A stretch of DNA of 64,000 bases from Candidatus Latescibacterota bacterium (GTDB lineage Bacteria; Latescibacterota; UBA2968; GCA-2709665): assembly GCA_965203805.1 (NCBI GenBank), contig OZ241917.1, positions 96,001-160,000 of the forward strand, written 5' to 3'. The notes under the pieces are model-generated. The model ran no database searches and was not told the DNA's origin. It worked only from the letters and a program-made list of their open reading frames with translations. This document shows positions 8,903-19,262 of this stretch, one piece after another. Made by a program: the position numbers and the translations under genes. Positions within the stretch are counted from its first letter, which is position 1, and every line of letters begins with the position of its first letter.

Positions 8903-10138
8903 TTGGAGATTCATATCTTTCGCATCGCGTCAATCCGGAATATCAAGAACCCGAACCTCCGCCCGCGGTTACGCGCCGCGGGGCTGGTGTTGCCGCTGAT
9001 GGCCTTTGTCGGTTTCACCTTTGTCGCGCCGCTTGCGACGATGCTCGTTCGGAGCGTGTACGATCCCGTAGTCGCCGATGCCCTGCCGCAAACGCTTCGC
9101 CTGTTGAACGAATGGGACCGTAGGGGCCCTCCCGCTGAGGCCGTCTATGAGTCGGCTGCGCGTGAACTGGTCAAGGCGCGCGAAAACCGCACCCTCGGTA
9201 AGATCGCCAGCCGCGTCAACAGGGTCAGGAGCGGGCTGCGCAGCGTGTTGACAAAGAGCGCGCGCCGCCTCCGCCGCGTTGACAGCGGGCCGTGGCGCGA
9301 CGCCATGATCGGCATCGACTCCGCCTGGGCGGAAACGGGGACCTGGCATGCCATCCGGAGCGCCGGGGAGCGATACACCGCACGACACTATCTGAATGCC
9401 CTCGACCTTCAAAGCCTGCCCGACGGCGCCGTCGGACGTCAGCCGGAGGAACGCCGCATCTATCTCCCGCTGCTGTGGCGGACCCTCTGGGTGAGCCTCA
9501 GTATCACGGCGCTGTGCCTGCTGCTCGGCTACCCGATCGCGCACCTGATCGCCCACGCGCCCCCGCGGGTTGGCAATTTGCTTCTGATTCTTGTGCTGGT
9601 CCCCTTCTGGACGTCGCTGCTTGTGCGGACCACGTCCTGGATTGTGCTGTTGCAGACGCAGGGCGTACTCAACGACCTGCTCGTGGCGCTGGGTCTGATC
9701 GGCGACGACGGCCGGCTGGCCATGATATACAACATGACCGGCACGCTGGTGGCAATGACCCACGTGCTGCTTCCCTTTATGATTCTCCCGCTCTATTCGA
9801 TCATGCGCGCCATCCCGCCAATCCAGATGAGCGCGGCGGCCTCGCTTGGCGCAAACCCCTTCCAGGCATTCCGGCGCGTGTACTGGCCGCAGACCCTGCC
9901 GGGCGTGAGCGCGGGATCGCTCCTGGTGTTCATTCTGGCCATCGGTTACTATATCACCCCCGCGCTGGTGGGCGGGAGCAGCGGGCAGCTCATTTCCAAC
10001 ATGATCGCGTTCCACATGCAGACCTCGCTCAACTGGGGTCTCGCAGCGGCGCTCGGCGGCATCCTTCTGGCATGTGTGGGCGCACTTTATCTGCTCTACG
10101 ACCGCATGGTGGGTATCGAGCGAATGAGGCTGGGCTGA
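8903..10138 (+). CDS. Polyamine-type ABC transporter permease (PotB-like, extended periplasmic loop)
   Basis: LVPFWTSLLVRT, AAASLGA, ITPALVGG; TTG start uncertain. Confidence 0.85.
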   Translation: MEIHIFRIASIRNIKNPNLRPRLRAAGLVLPLMAFVGFTFVAPLATMLVRSVYDPVVADALPQTLRLLNEWDRRGPPAEAVYESAARELVKARENRTLGKIASRVNRVRSGLRSVLTKSARRLRRVDSGPWRDAMIGIDSAWAETGTWHAIRSAGERYTARHYLNALDLQSLPDGAVGRQPEERRIYLPLLWRTLWVSLSITALCLLLGYPIAHLIAHAPPRVGNLLLILVLVPFWTSLLVRTTSWIVLLQTQGVLNDLLVALGLIGDDGRLAMIYNMTGTLVAMTHVLLPFMILPLYSIMRAIPPIQMSAAASLGANPFQAFRRVYWPQTLPGVSAGSLLVFILAIGYYITPALVGGSSGQLISNMIAFHMQTSLNWGLAAALGGILLACVGALYLLYDRMVGIERMRLG

Positions 10139-10139
10139 G

Positions 10140-10964
10140 GTGGCGGCTTCGGGAACACAGGAACGTACGGGACGTTTCATCTACGTTGGCTTCTGCGCGT
10201 TCGTGTTTCTCTTCCTCGTCGCGCCGATTCTGGTGATTGTGCCGTTGAGCTTCAACGCGCAGCCCTACTTCACCTTTACCGAGGGCATGCTGCGCCTGGA
10301 CGCGGACGCGTATTCGTTGCGCTGGTATCGGCAGATCGTCGAGAACGAGGTATGGACGCGCGCGCTCATCAACAGCCTGGTTGTCGGCATCGCTTCCACG
10401 GTGCTGGCGACCGGATTCGGAACGCTCGCGGCGATGGGGCTGTCCAGCCCGGCCATGCCCGGCCGGCGCTGGGCGATGGGCCTGCTCATCTCGCCCATGG
10501 TGACCCCGGTGATTATCGCGGCGGCGGGGATGTTCTTCTTCTATTCGAACCTTGGCCTCGCCCAGACCCACGTCGGTCTGATTCTGGCCCACGCCGCGCT
10601 TGGAACGCCGTTCGTGGTGATTACGGTGACCGCCACGCTGTCCGCTTTCGACACCAATCTGACCCGCGCCGCAGCCAGTCTTGGCGCGGGACCCGTGCGT
10701 GTCTTTCGTCGCGTCCAGCTGCCGCTGATCGCGCCCGGCGTGATTTCGGGGGCGCTCTTCGCCTTCGCCACGTCCTTCGATGAAGTGGTCGTGGTGTTGT
10801 TCATGGCCGCCATCGAGCAACGTACGATTCCACGCCAGATGTGGGCCGGTATCCGCGAGCAGATCAGCCCCACCATCCTGGCGGTGGCGACGTTTCTGAT
10901 TGTCTTTGCCGTCCTGCTGCTGTTTACGGTTGAATGGATGCGAAGGCGTACCGCTGCGAGATAA
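10140..10964 (+). CDS. Polyamine-type ABC transporter permease (PotC-like)
   Basis: AAASLGA loop and FATSFDEVV motif. Confidence 0.9.
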   Translation: MAASGTQERTGRFIYVGFCAFVFLFLVAPILVIVPLSFNAQPYFTFTEGMLRLDADAYSLRWYRQIVENEVWTRALINSLVVGIASTVLATGFGTLAAMGLSSPAMPGRRWAMGLLISPMVTPVIIAAAGMFFFYSNLGLAQTHVGLILAHAALGTPFVVITVTATLSAFDTNLTRAAASLGAGPVRVFRRVQLPLIAPGVISGALFAFATSFDEVVVVLFMAAIEQRTIPRQMWAGIREQISPTILAVATFLIVFAVLLLFTVEWMRRRTAAR

Positions 10965-11052
10965 GCTGCCGGCGAAACGCATCCGCCCCAATATCGACGC
11001 AATTGGAAAACAATCAGCCAATCAACCGAATCCGGGATCCATAGGCGCTTCG

Positions 11053-12162
11053 ATGCAAGAAAACAAAAATGTGCACGTCGAGTTCGAGGGCGTCAGCAAG
11101 AGCTTCGACGGACGCACCCTGGTCGTCGACAATCTCGATCTGAGCGTCCGAAAGGGCGAATTCCTGACCATGCTCGGGCCGTCCGGGTCGGGCAAGACCA
11201 CGTGCCTGATGATGCTGGCCGGTTTCGAAACGCCGACGTCAGGCGCCATCCGCATCAACGGGCGTTCCGTGCATGAAATGCCCCCGCGCAAACGCGGGAT
11301 CGGCATGGTCTTTCAGAATTACGCGCTTTTTCCACACATGACGGTCGGCCGCAACCTCGCCTTTCCGCTGGAGGTGCGGGGACTGGACGCAGCGCAATGC
11401 AGGGAACGTGTGGCGCGCGCCCTGCATCTGGTACGCCTGGACGGACTCGAGGACCGGCGACCCGGCCAGCTTTCCGGCGGCCAGCAGCAACGCGTGGCCA
11501 TCGCGCGCGCGCTGGTCTTCGAGCCCGATCTGGTTCTGATGGACGAACCCCTGGGCGCGCTCGACCGGCGCCTTCGAGAGGAAATGCAGTACGAAATCCG
11601 GCGCATCCACAAGAGCCTCGGCGTCACCGTGGTGTACGTGACGCACGATCAGGAAGAAGCCATGGTCATGTCGGACCGGATTGCCGTACTGCGGGGCGGA
11701 GACATCGAGCAGGTGGCCGAGCCGGAGGTTCTCTACGAGGAGCCGGAACGCTCTTTTGTCGCCCGCTTTATCGGGGAAAACAACCGACTCCATGGCCGCG
11801 TGCGGAGCGTCGACGGGGACATCTGCGAAGTCGAGACGGGCGGTCAGGTCGTCAGCGCGCTTCGCGTTGCGCCGTGCCGTTCGGGCGACGCCACCACGCT
11901 TTCGATCCGGCCGGAACGGGTCGCCATCTCGCCCGAACCCGGCCTGTACACGAACGAACTCGACGCGAGAATCGAGGATATCACGTTTCTGGGCGACCAC
12001 CTGCGGGTTCGCGTGAGCGTTTGCGGGCGCACTGATTTTATCGCGAAAATTCCAAATATCGTCGGACACGGCGCCATGCTGGTGGGTGACGAGATCCGGA
12101 TCGGCTGGACACCGACGGATTGCCGGGTATTGGACCCGGATGACGAGGAGAATACAACATGA
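11053..12162 (+). CDS. Polyamine-type ABC transporter ATP-binding protein (PotA-like)
   Basis: [28 protein letters not shown]. Confidence 0.92.
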   Translation: MQENKNVHVEFEGVSKSFDGRTLVVDNLDLSVRKGEFLTMLGPSGSGKTTCLMMLAGFETPTSGAIRINGRSVHEMPPRKRGIGMVFQNYALFPHMTVGRNLAFPLEVRGLDAAQCRERVARALHLVRLDGLEDRRPGQLSGGQQQRVAIARALVFEPDLVLMDEPLGALDRRLREEMQYEIRRIHKSLGVTVVYVTHDQEEAMVMSDRIAVLRGGDIEQVAEPEVLYEEPERSFVARFIGENNRLHGRVRSVDGDICEVETGGQVVSALRVAPCRSGDATTLSIRPERVAISPEPGLYTNELDARIEDITFLGDHLRVRVSVCGRTDFIAKIPNIVGHGAMLVGDEIRIGWTPTDCRVLDPDDEENTT

Positions 12163-13259
12163 AGGACGTTCGGAGGAAGATCGCGCGTATCACGTCGTTG
12201 ATGGGATTGTCGATGCTGACAGCGACCGCCGCCGTCGCCGCAGACCGCCCGCTGACGGTGGTGTCGTGGGGCGGTTCGTACGCGCGCGCCTGCGTCAAGG
12301 GCTACCACGAACAGTTTACCGCCGACACGGGCATCAAAATCAACCTCGAAGACTACAACGGCGGTCTGGCGCAGATCCGCGCGCAGGTGGACGTGGGCAA
12401 CGTCTTCTGGGACGTGGTCGACCTGGAGATTCCCGACCTCGTGCGGGGCTGCGACGAGGGTCTGCTTGAACCCGTCGCCGTGGGTACGCTTGCCCCAGGG
12501 GCCGACGGCACGCCCGCGGCGGAGGACTTTGTTCAGGGAACGGTGACGGACTGCGGACCGGCCACGATCTTCTACTCGACAGTCTACGCTTACAACAAGG
12601 AAAACATAAAGGGTGACAAACCGGCCGCGATCGCCGACTTCTTCGATCTGGAGAAATTTCCCGGGCGCCGGGGCATGCGCCGTTCTCCATTGGTGAACCT
12701 GGAATTCGCGCTGATGGCGGACGGCGTATCGGTCGACTCCGTCTACGCGATCCTGGATACGCCGGCCGGCGTGGACCGCGCCTTCCGAAAGCTGGACACG
12801 ATCAAGGAGCACATCGTATGGTGGGAAGCCGGGGCGCAGCCGCCGCAGATGCTGGCCGATGGGGAGGTGACGATGAGCACCGCCTACAACGGGCGCATCT
12901 TCAACGCGCAGGTACTGGAGGACCAGCCCTTCGTGGTGGTGTGGGACGGTCAGGTCCTGGACACCGGCGGGCTGGGCATTGTCGCGGGAACACCCAACCT
13001 CGAAACGGCGCGGAAGTTTGTCAAATTCGCCACGAGCGCGCAGGCCATCGCCGGCGTGGGCCGCTATATTTCCTACGGCCCGACGCGACGCTCCGCGATG
13101 CCGCTGATCTCGACGCACGCCGAAAAAGGCGTGGATATGAATCCGCACATGCCCACCAGCCCTCAGAACGTGAAGCGCGCCCTGCACAACGACTGGGAGT
13201 GGTGGAGCGATCACCTGGATGAAATGAACGAGCGCTTCAGCGCCTGGCTGGCGCGGTAG
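12159..13259 (+). CDS. ABC transporter substrate-binding protein (PotD/PotF-like)
   Basis: Signal peptide, LTVVSWGGSY, DFFDLEKFPGRRG, MLADGEV. Confidence 0.9.
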   Translation: MKDVRRKIARITSLMGLSMLTATAAVAADRPLTVVSWGGSYARACVKGYHEQFTADTGIKINLEDYNGGLAQIRAQVDVGNVFWDVVDLEIPDLVRGCDEGLLEPVAVGTLAPGADGTPAAEDFVQGTVTDCGPATIFYSTVYAYNKENIKGDKPAAIADFFDLEKFPGRRGMRRSPLVNLEFALMADGVSVDSVYAILDTPAGVDRAFRKLDTIKEHIVWWEAGAQPPQMLADGEVTMSTAYNGRIFNAQVLEDQPFVVVWDGQVLDTGGLGIVAGTPNLETARKFVKFATSAQAIAGVGRYISYGPTRRSAMPLISTHAEKGVDMNPHMPTSPQNVKRALHNDWEWWSDHLDEMNERFSAWLAR

Positions 13260-13390
13260 CGGCGGGGAAGTCCACGGAGTGGTTTGGAAAGAGGTGGCAG
13301 GCGATCGACTAACCTTACTCACTGGTCTTGCATAGACGACAACGTAGACCATTCGATCCATCGGGCAGAATCAGAGACGATAATTGAGGA

Positions 13391-13419
13391 TTGCGATAAT
13401 ATAGCTATTTAGTTATATT
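13391..13419 (+). promoter_or_regulatory. Sigma70-type promoter with overlapping palindromic operator for the TA operon
   Basis: TTGCGA-17-TATATT; inverted repeat AATATAGCTA-TT-TAGTTATATT (13398-13419). Confidence 0.6.
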
Positions 13420-13425
13420 CAAGAT

Positions 13426-13806
13426 ATGGATCCGGAGAACAAGGTCCTGAGAAAAATCCGATGGGTAGGAGATTCCCGAGCGCGTGTCCAACAGTTTCCT
13501 CGCCAGGCCCGCAAAGATATCGGACATGCGTTATACCTTGTGCAAACCGGCAAATCGCCAAAGTCTGCACGGCGAATGAAGGGCCTGGAGTCCGGGGTGT
13601 TTGAGGTTGTCAGTGATCATGCGACAAATGCGTACCGGGCCGTGTACGCGGTCAAGATCGGCGAATTCATCTATCTGCTGCACGCATTCCAGAAGAAATC
13701 TAAAAGAGGGATTGCAACTCCCAAATACGAAGTCGAGTTGATCAGAAGACGGTTGCGGCGGGCTAGAGAATTCGCGAAACAGGAGGCTGAAGACGATGGG
13801 CGATGA
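13426..13806 (+). CDS. RelE/HigB-like (Gp49-like) toxin
   Basis: GVFEV...AYRAVYAVK...IYLLHAFQKKSKRGIATPK. Confidence 0.85.
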   Translation: MDPENKVLRKIRWVGDSRARVQQFPRQARKDIGHALYLVQTGKSPKSARRMKGLESGVFEVVSDHATNAYRAVYAVKIGEFIYLLHAFQKKSKRGIATPKYEVELIRRRLRRAREFAKQEAEDDGR

Positions 13807-14122
13807 CATTGAGGTTGAAGAGGGCAGCGGCAACGTCTTTACAGACCTCGGCTTTGGTGATGAGGAAGCCAGAGAGGAACTGCTCAAAGCAGAACTCGGC
13901 GCGGAAATATTCCGGATTCTGGAACATCGCAGGCTGACTCAGACGAAAGCAGCGAGAATCATGGGGGTCAAACAACCGGAGATCTCCCGGCTTAAGAGCG
14001 GAAAGTTTTCCTATTACAGCGTCGAACGGCTGATGCGGTTCCTCGAGCGTCTCAATTGCGAGGTGCGCATTCATATCGATTGGCCGGAGCGCGAGGGCGT
14101 CACGAAGGTCATTGCAATTTAG
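13796..14122 (+). CDS. XRE-family HTH antitoxin
   Basis: GSGNVFTDLG, LTQTKAARIMGVKQPEISRL, YSVERLMRFL; overlaps the toxin gene. Confidence 0.85.
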   Translation: MGDDIEVEEGSGNVFTDLGFGDEEAREELLKAELGAEIFRILEHRRLTQTKAARIMGVKQPEISRLKSGKFSYYSVERLMRFLERLNCEVRIHIDWPEREGVTKVIAI

Positions 14123-14249
14123 GGGAAGTGCTATAATGCCAATGCTGCGATGTGGCAGGTGTTTGTCCTGCCCATCCATGTATGTTCCGGTTTCTGAATA
14201 AAAAAACGGCGAAATGTGCTATGCATTTCGACTGCAATAATCAGGTGAA

Positions 14250-15839
14250 GTGATGAATAACGCGAGTTCGGACGTACTCGGGGAGCGGGCGGGCCGACGC
14301 AAGCTGCCCATCGGTATTCAGACCTTTCGCAGAATTCGGGAGGAGAACTTCTATTACGTCGACAAAACAGCATACATTCGACGAATGGTGGACGAAGGCA
14401 CGCACTATTTCCTGTCACGGCCACGTCGTTTTGGCAAAAGCCTCTTTCTGGATACGTTGAAGGAACTGTTTGAAGGTAACGAGGCGCTGTTCGAAGGACT
14501 CGACGTCCACGATTATTGGGATTGGTCCGTTACCTATCCCGTGATAAGGCTGAGCTTTGGCAGCGGCAACTTCAAAGAGCCGGGCTACCTGCATACGAAC
14601 CTCATGGCGCAGCTGGACGCTGTCGAACGCCGGGCCGGTCTCGCACGGGAGTACGCGACCGGCCCGGAACGGTTCAGCCGTCTCGCCGAAGCGCTGCACG
14701 ATCGTGCCGGACAGCCCGTGGCCATATTGGTCGATGAATACGACAAGCCGATTCTGGACGCGCTTGAGGCGCCGGAGGTCGCGCGCGCCAACCGAGACTA
14801 CCTGCGTGGCCTGTACACGTCGATCAAGGACAGCGACGCTTACGTCAAGTTCACCTTCCTCGCCGGCGTCAGCAAGTTCACAAAGGTAAGCCTGTTCTCC
14901 GGCCTGAATAATCTCAGGGACATTACCCTGGATGCCCGCTATTCGGCCGTATGCGGCTATTCGGAGGCAGATCTGGACTCCGTGTTTGCGCCGGAACTGC
15001 CGGGGCTGGAACGGGAAACGGTGCGCGACTGGTACAACGGTTACAGCTGGCTGGGTGACGAAAGAGTCTATAACCCTTTCGATATTCTCATGCTCTTCGA
15101 CAAGCGCCGATACGACGCGTATTGGTTCGAGACGGGGACGCCGACGTTCCTGGTCGAGACCTTGTTCAATCGCCGCGTCAGCTCGCTGGAACTCGACGAG
15201 ATGGTGGGCAGCAGCGACCTGCTTTCGACCTTCGACGTGGACGAAATGGCAACCGAGGCCCTGCTGTTCCAGACCGGCTACCTGACCGTTACGGACGAAG
15301 AGAACCTGGGTGGTGAACCGCTTTACCTGCTGGGTTATCCCAACCGGGAGGTGCGCCAGAGTCTCAACCGAAGTCTCCTTCGGTACCTGGTCAAGAACCC
15401 GTCCCGCCAGATGGCAAACAGCGTCCAACTGTACCGGCTGCTTGAGGCGAATGACTTCGAGGGGCTGAAGACGTTGTTCCACGCTTTCTTCGCCAGTATT
15501 CCCTACGAGTGGTACACCAAAAACGACGTTGCTGATTACGAGGGTTACTACGCGAGCGTTTTCTATTCCTATTTCGCGGCATCGGGCCTTGACGTCAAGG
15601 TAGAGGACAGCAGCAGCCACGGCCGTCTCGACATGGCGGTATTATTCAACGGCAACGTGTACCTGTTCGAATTCAAAGTCGTGGAGATGGCGCCCGAAGG
15701 CGCGGCGATGGCGCAATTGGAGGCGCGGCGTTACGCCGACAAGTACCGCTCCCGATCCGAGCCCATTCACCTGATTGCGGTTGAGTTCAGCCGGGAGACC
15801 CGAAACATCGCGGCGTTCGACGTGGCGAGCGTGCCGTAG
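14250..15839 (+). CDS. AAA-ATPase-like protein with C-terminal PD-(D/E)XK nuclease domain
   Basis: LPIGIQTF, YYVDKT, SRPRRFGKS (P-loop), LVDEYDKP, GRLDM...LFEFK. Confidence 0.9.
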   Translation: MMNNASSDVLGERAGRRKLPIGIQTFRRIREENFYYVDKTAYIRRMVDEGTHYFLSRPRRFGKSLFLDTLKELFEGNEALFEGLDVHDYWDWSVTYPVIRLSFGSGNFKEPGYLHTNLMAQLDAVERRAGLAREYATGPERFSRLAEALHDRAGQPVAILVDEYDKPILDALEAPEVARANRDYLRGLYTSIKDSDAYVKFTFLAGVSKFTKVSLFSGLNNLRDITLDARYSAVCGYSEADLDSVFAPELPGLERETVRDWYNGYSWLGDERVYNPFDILMLFDKRRYDAYWFETGTPTFLVETLFNRRVSSLELDEMVGSSDLLSTFDVDEMATEALLFQTGYLTVTDEENLGGEPLYLLGYPNREVRQSLNRSLLRYLVKNPSRQMANSVQLYRLLEANDFEGLKTLFHAFFASIPYEWYTKNDVADYEGYYASVFYSYFAASGLDVKVEDSSSHGRLDMAVLFNGNVYLFEFKVVEMAPEGAAMAQLEARRYADKYRSRSEPIHLIAVEFSRETRNIAAFDVASVP

Positions 15840-16035
15840 CAGCCCGTTGTTGGAGTTGCTCTGCATGCGAGGCCGAGCCATTGTGACCGAAGACAAGGTG
15901 CGCGCCCGAGCCGCTGGCGGAGCCTGCTGGGGAGACAGGGGTGAATTGTGTGTCGAAGGGCCCCGGCGCATGCGGTATCTCGAGAATCAAGCACGTGAAG
16001 AGACTCGTATCACGAGTCGATGAGGCGGATACGCT

Positions 16036-17235
16036 ATGCCGAGTGACCGAAAACTGAGAATCGCCCAGGTGGGTTGCGGCAGCCGGGGCCGGGCCGTACG
16101 GCTTCGCGCGATCCTAATGATGTCGGACGTGTTCGAGCTGGCCGCGGTATGTGACGTGGATGCGGACAAGGCGAAGGCGGTCGGCGCCGAATACGGTGTC
16201 CCAGGCTATTCCCGGGTCCAGGACCTGGCGGCGAATGAGGCGCTGGACATCGCGGCGGTTAGCACACCCGGCGATTCGCACCACGCGATCGGCGCGTATC
16301 TGGCCGAGCGGGGCGTGAATCTCATCGTGGAGACGCCGATTTCACCCGCGCTGCAGACTGCGGACGTGCTCATACGGGCGGTCGAAAGCGGCGGGGTGAA
16401 GCTGGAGGTGGCCGAGCAGTTCTGCCGCGAACCCATGCATCTGATGAAACGCATGGCGATCGAGGCCGGGTTCATTGGGGATGTACTGAGGGTATTCTCC
16501 CTGTTTCAGACGGGAGGCTATCATATCGTGAGCAATGTACGCTCGATGGTGTGCGATTCGGAGGCCGTGCGGGTCACCGGCCTTACGATGGATTCGCCGA
16601 TTCCCAGGGTAAATATCAGCGAGATCCGGCAGTATGAATCGGAAGCCTGGACGATGGACCTGATCGAGTTCGCGAACGGGGCGTTGGCCGTCATGTCCTA
16701 TTCATCCATGTATCACGGCCGGGCGCTCGGACGAAAGAGCAAGACGTTGTTCCAGGTGGACGGTACCACAGGGACCATTGTGGAAGACGACCTGCATTGG
16801 ACCACCGAAGCTCAGCGCCTGAGCGGCGGGCGAGCCACCGTCTGTCCGGTCAGGACGGAAACACGGGAAATGGACGGGATGCAGGTGCTGGACCGGATGG
16901 TGGTCGATACCGACCCTCCTCTGGTCTGGGAGAATCCCTGGCCCCAATACAGGACGTCTCCGCGCGGGCTGGCGATCGTGGAAGAGATGGACAGTATCGC
17001 AAGGGCGGTGCTGGACGACGTGCCAACGCGATACGACGGGCGCCGCGCCCGGAAGGACATCGAGATCGAACTGGCGGTGGCGGAGTCCGGCCGACTTGGG
17101 CGCAGACCGGTGGACCTCCCGCTCCGGCAAACCACGGCGCGGGAGACGAGGTTTCTGGAGAATTTCGCGCGGGAATACGCCTGCGATCCCTTCGACGTGG
17201 AAGCGTGCGTCGACATATTCTTTCCGAAGAGGTAA
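16036..17235 (+). CDS. Gfo/Idh/MocA family oxidoreductase
   Basis: IAQVGCGSRG Rossmann start, STPGDSH, IVETPI. Confidence 0.8.
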   Translation: MPSDRKLRIAQVGCGSRGRAVRLRAILMMSDVFELAAVCDVDADKAKAVGAEYGVPGYSRVQDLAANEALDIAAVSTPGDSHHAIGAYLAERGVNLIVETPISPALQTADVLIRAVESGGVKLEVAEQFCREPMHLMKRMAIEAGFIGDVLRVFSLFQTGGYHIVSNVRSMVCDSEAVRVTGLTMDSPIPRVNISEIRQYESEAWTMDLIEFANGALAVMSYSSMYHGRALGRKSKTLFQVDGTTGTIVEDDLHWTTEAQRLSGGRATVCPVRTETREMDGMQVLDRMVVDTDPPLVWENPWPQYRTSPRGLAIVEEMDSIARAVLDDVPTRYDGRRARKDIEIELAVAESGRLGRRPVDLPLRQTTARETRFLENFAREYACDPFDVEACVDIFFPKR

Positions 17236-17275
17236 TGGAATTCGGCCGGATACGCGAGACCGGGAGAAATCGGAC

Positions 17276-18337
17276 ATGGGGAAGGGTCGCACGTTCGAAT
17301 CCGAGGTAAGCGCGCTGCGTGACAGCAGGACCGGCGCGACCATCCGTCAGATGACGGATCATCCCTCCATCAATCACAATCTGTACTTTTCGAACCCGTC
17401 GTGGACGCCGGACGGAAACACCATCGTGTTTACCTCGTACCGCTCGGGGAAGCCCGATCTCTTCAAGATGGACGAGGCCAGCGGTTCGATGACGCAGCTG
17501 ACCGATACTGAAGGGTTCGGGGGATTCGCCGCCTGCCCGTCGAGAGACGGAAGCAGGGTGTTCTACAATGCACGCGGACAGGTACGCGCGGTGGACCTCG
17601 CCTCACTGAAGGAATCGGTCCTCGCCGACTTCGGAAGCGGCAGCGCGGGTGGGTGCAGTCTTTCGTCGGACGGCGCGCGCCTGGTCACCTCCCTGCAGCG
17701 GGACGGAGCATCCGCGGTGGTCTCCGTGGAAACCGACGGGTCCGGATTCCGCGTCGTTCGTGAACCGCCACGAGCCGTCGGCCATGTTCAGGTCTGCCCG
17801 GCAGACCCGGACCTTATACTGTATTCCAGCGACGTGAATCAGCGCATGTGGGAGGTCAGGATCGACGGCAGCGGCGAACGGGCGCTTTTCGTGCACGACA
17901 AATCGGTGTGGATTACGCACGAGACGTTTCTCGGACACTCCGATAGCGTCATGTTCGTACATTGGCCCTTCGCGCTGAGGGCGATCAGGGTGGGTGCGCA
18001 CGAAGACCGGACCATCGCTTCATTCAATGTCTGGCATCCTTCGCCGCGCCAGGATGGATCCCTCATTGTGTGCGACACCACCTGTCCGGATATCGGACTG
18101 CAACTGATCGATCCGGATACCGGGGCCCACGACACGCTCTGCTATCCGGCCAGCTCCAACGGAGGCGCCCAGTGGGCGGAGACGATCCCCGCGGATGATG
18201 ACAAAACGACGCCTGAAACGTACGGTCCGCAGTGGTCTCATCCTCACCCGTCGTTCAGTCCGGACGGAAAACGGGTGATCTATACCTCTGATCGAACCGG
18301 CACGAGCCAGATTTACGTGGCGGATGTTCCGGATTAG
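17276..18337 (+). CDS. Oligogalacturonate lyase-family / TolB-like beta-propeller protein
   Basis: TGATIRQMT, HNLYF..PSWTPDG, ITHETF, SHPHPSFSPDG. Confidence 0.75.
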   Translation: MGKGRTFESEVSALRDSRTGATIRQMTDHPSINHNLYFSNPSWTPDGNTIVFTSYRSGKPDLFKMDEASGSMTQLTDTEGFGGFAACPSRDGSRVFYNARGQVRAVDLASLKESVLADFGSGSAGGCSLSSDGARLVTSLQRDGASAVVSVETDGSGFRVVREPPRAVGHVQVCPADPDLILYSSDVNQRMWEVRIDGSGERALFVHDKSVWITHETFLGHSDSVMFVHWPFALRAIRVGAHEDRTIASFNVWHPSPRQDGSLIVCDTTCPDIGLQLIDPDTGAHDTLCYPASSNGGAQWAETIPADDDKTTPETYGPQWSHPHPSFSPDGKRVIYTSDRTGTSQIYVADVPD

Positions 18338-18532
18338 CCTTAACGCGACAAAATCAGCAGCGCGGCGTCGCGACGAAACCTTTCGAATTGGGCCGAAAAG
18401 GTCGTCCGGAGGGACATTTTTTCCGTTCACGTCCAGTGACCTGAAGGATCATGGAAATCAGCAGTTAAATCGCCTTTATTCACTTGCACATTTTCGAATT
18501 AACGTCCCCGAATAATGACGAATCAAGGTTAA
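18334..18532 (+). mobile_element. MITE-like dispersed repeat family A, full-length; left end overlaps the upstream TAG stop
   Basis: Near-identical to 8202-8402. Confidence 0.8.
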
Positions 18533-18571
18533 TGCTCACCGTACGGCGTAGCCAAATATCGGAGTGACACC

Positions 18572-18946
18572 ATGCCGGCGCCCGGCGAGTGGGCAATTAC
18601 GGCAACCCGTCCTGTATTGATCGTGTCGGACGTCGACCGCGCACTGGCGTTCTACGGGCGGATCGGCTTCGAACAGGAATTCCGCAACGACGTTGTATAC
18701 GCCGTGGTTCGCATGGGCGCGTTCTCCGTCCATCTCGGTACCAGAATGGATCCGGTCGGCCAGGGGGTGTCGCAGGCGGTGATCGAAATGCGTGGCGTCG
18801 ACGCCTATTATGCTTTCTGTATCGAGCAGGGGGTGAGGATTCATCGTGAAATACAGGACCGCTTCTACGGCTTGCGGGATTTTCAGTTGACCGACCCGGA
18901 CGGCAACGTCATTACCTTCGGAGAGCGCGTGCCTTCGGGGGGATGA
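18572..18946 (+). CDS. VOC/glyoxalase/bleomycin-resistance family protein
   Basis: VSDVDRALAFY..IGF, YGLRDFQLTDPDGNVITF. Confidence 0.85.
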   Translation: MPAPGEWAITATRPVLIVSDVDRALAFYGRIGFEQEFRNDVVYAVVRMGAFSVHLGTRMDPVGQGVSQAVIEMRGVDAYYAFCIEQGVRIHREIQDRFYGLRDFQLTDPDGNVITFGERVPSGG

Positions 18947-19021
18947 GGCCGGTGGGTGTGAACTGCATGAGAGCGCCTGCGGCGCCGGTGTCGCGTTAGT
19001 GCCGTTTGAACCAGAAAATGC

Positions 19022-19050
19022 TTGACTCCGTGTGTGCAAACCGTTAGATT
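19022..19050 (+). promoter_or_regulatory. Putative sigma70 promoter for the MoxR/Bat operon
   Basis: TTGACT-17-TAGATT. Confidence 0.4.
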
Positions 19051-19262
19051 TTCGTGCCGCCTTGCGTCGGATTATCCTCAATAAAATAAAGAAGATATAG
19101 ATTTCCGTACCATCTGGTGACCAGGATTCGCGCGGCGCGTTCGAGCGCTTCCGAAGGACGCCGTCCCGAAACCCGGTCACTGAATCTGAACCGGGCATTG
19201 AAAATCACGGAACCGGGACTCGGTTGAAGTGTATTTCTATTAATAAGGAGAGGACATCCAGA

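Noticed and set aside
8399-8914. K/R/E-rich ORFs (8399-8914, 8596-8844) and F/V-rich ORFs on the opposite strand
   Set aside because: Translations of the low-complexity repeat array, not credible proteins
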